Below, piece by piece: positions 48,065 to 48,889 of a stretch of 48,889 bases of DNA. The notes under the pieces are model-generated. The model did no database searches and was not told where the DNA came from. It worked only from the letters and a program-made list of their open reading frames with translations. Made by a program: the position numbers and the translations under genes. How positions within the stretch are numbered: the stretch's first letter is position 1; every line of letters begins with the position of its first letter. Origin of the DNA: Chiloscyllium plagiosum (Eukaryota); contig NC_057718.1 of assembly GCF_004010195.1 (NCBI RefSeq), positions 7,073,579 through 7,122,467 of the forward strand, written 5' to 3'.

Positions 48065-48889
48065 AGAACATAGAACAATACAGCACAGAACAGGCCCTTC
48101 GGCCCACGATGTTGTGCCGAACATTTGTCCTAGCTTAAGCACCTATCCATGTACCTATCCAATTGCCGCTTAAAGGTCACCAATGATTCTGACTTTGCCA
48201 CTCCCACAGGCAACGCATTCCATGTCCCCACCACTCTCTGTGTAATGAACCTACCCCTGATATCCCCCCTATATCTTCCACCCTTCAGCTTAAATTTATG
48301 TCCCCTTGTAACACACTGTTGTACCCGGGGAAAAAGTCTCTGAATGTCTACTCTATCTATTCCCCTGATCATCTTATAAACCTCTATCAAGTCACCCCTC
48401 ATCCTTCTCCGTTCCAATGAGAAAAGACCTAGCACTCTCAACCTATCCTCGTACGACCCATTCTCCATTCCAGGCAACATCCTGGTAAATCTGCTCTGCA
48501 CCCTCTCCAAAGCTTCCACATCTTTCCTAAAGTGAGGCAACCAGAACTCACACAGTACTCCAAATGTGGCCTTACCAACGTCCTGTACAGCTGCAACATC
48601 ACCTCACGACTCTTGAATTCAATCCCTCTGCTAATGAACGCTAATACACCATAGGCCTCCTTACAAGCTCTATCCAGCTGAGTGGCAACTTTCAAAGATC
48701 TATGAACATAGACCCCAAGATCCCTCTGCTCCTCCACCTTACTAAGAACCCTACCGTTAACCCTGTATTCCGCATTCTTATTTGTCCTTCCAAAATGGAC
48801 AATCTCACACTTGACAGGGTTGAGCTCCATCTGCCACTCCTCAGCCCAGCTCTGCATCATATCTAAGTCTCTTTGCAGCCGACAACAGC
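48065..48889 (-). mobile_element. Young CR1 LINE 3' part running off the window
   Basis: Overlapping ORFs 48438-48860 and 48130-48540 (one frameshift) and a (tatgttc)-type tail. Confidence 0.92.

Overview
Vertebrate genomic DNA, very probably from an elasmobranch (shark), inferred from the HE1-type V-SINEs and HER1/CR1 LINEs. The only host gene is on the minus strand. It has 12 internal GT-AG exons (46857 down to 10822, 1565 nt, about 521 codons, phases join without stops) of a CD109-like alpha-2-macroglobulin/thioester-protein family gene: MG domains, a short bait region and the FPETW motif. Its 5' exons and the thioester (GCGEQ) exon lie outside the window. The introns are mostly retroelements: many CR1/HER1 fragments, HE1 and other tRNA-derived SINEs, a solo LTR, a 21-bp minisatellite split by a LINE, and long GT/GA simple repeats. 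Two things stand out. (1) There are over 15 short Penelope-like (PLE) insertions from at least three families, often near-perfect inverted hairpins with 11-16 bp target-site duplications, carrying minimal type-I hammerhead ribozyme motifs and GIY-YIG remnants. (2) A CR1 insertion sits 6 nt from a CD109 exon. It appears to have displaced the original branch point and polypyrimidine tract, creating a cryptic acceptor in frame with a 412-codon RT ORF. All calls are by eye. Repeat boundaries are approximate unless a TSD is given.
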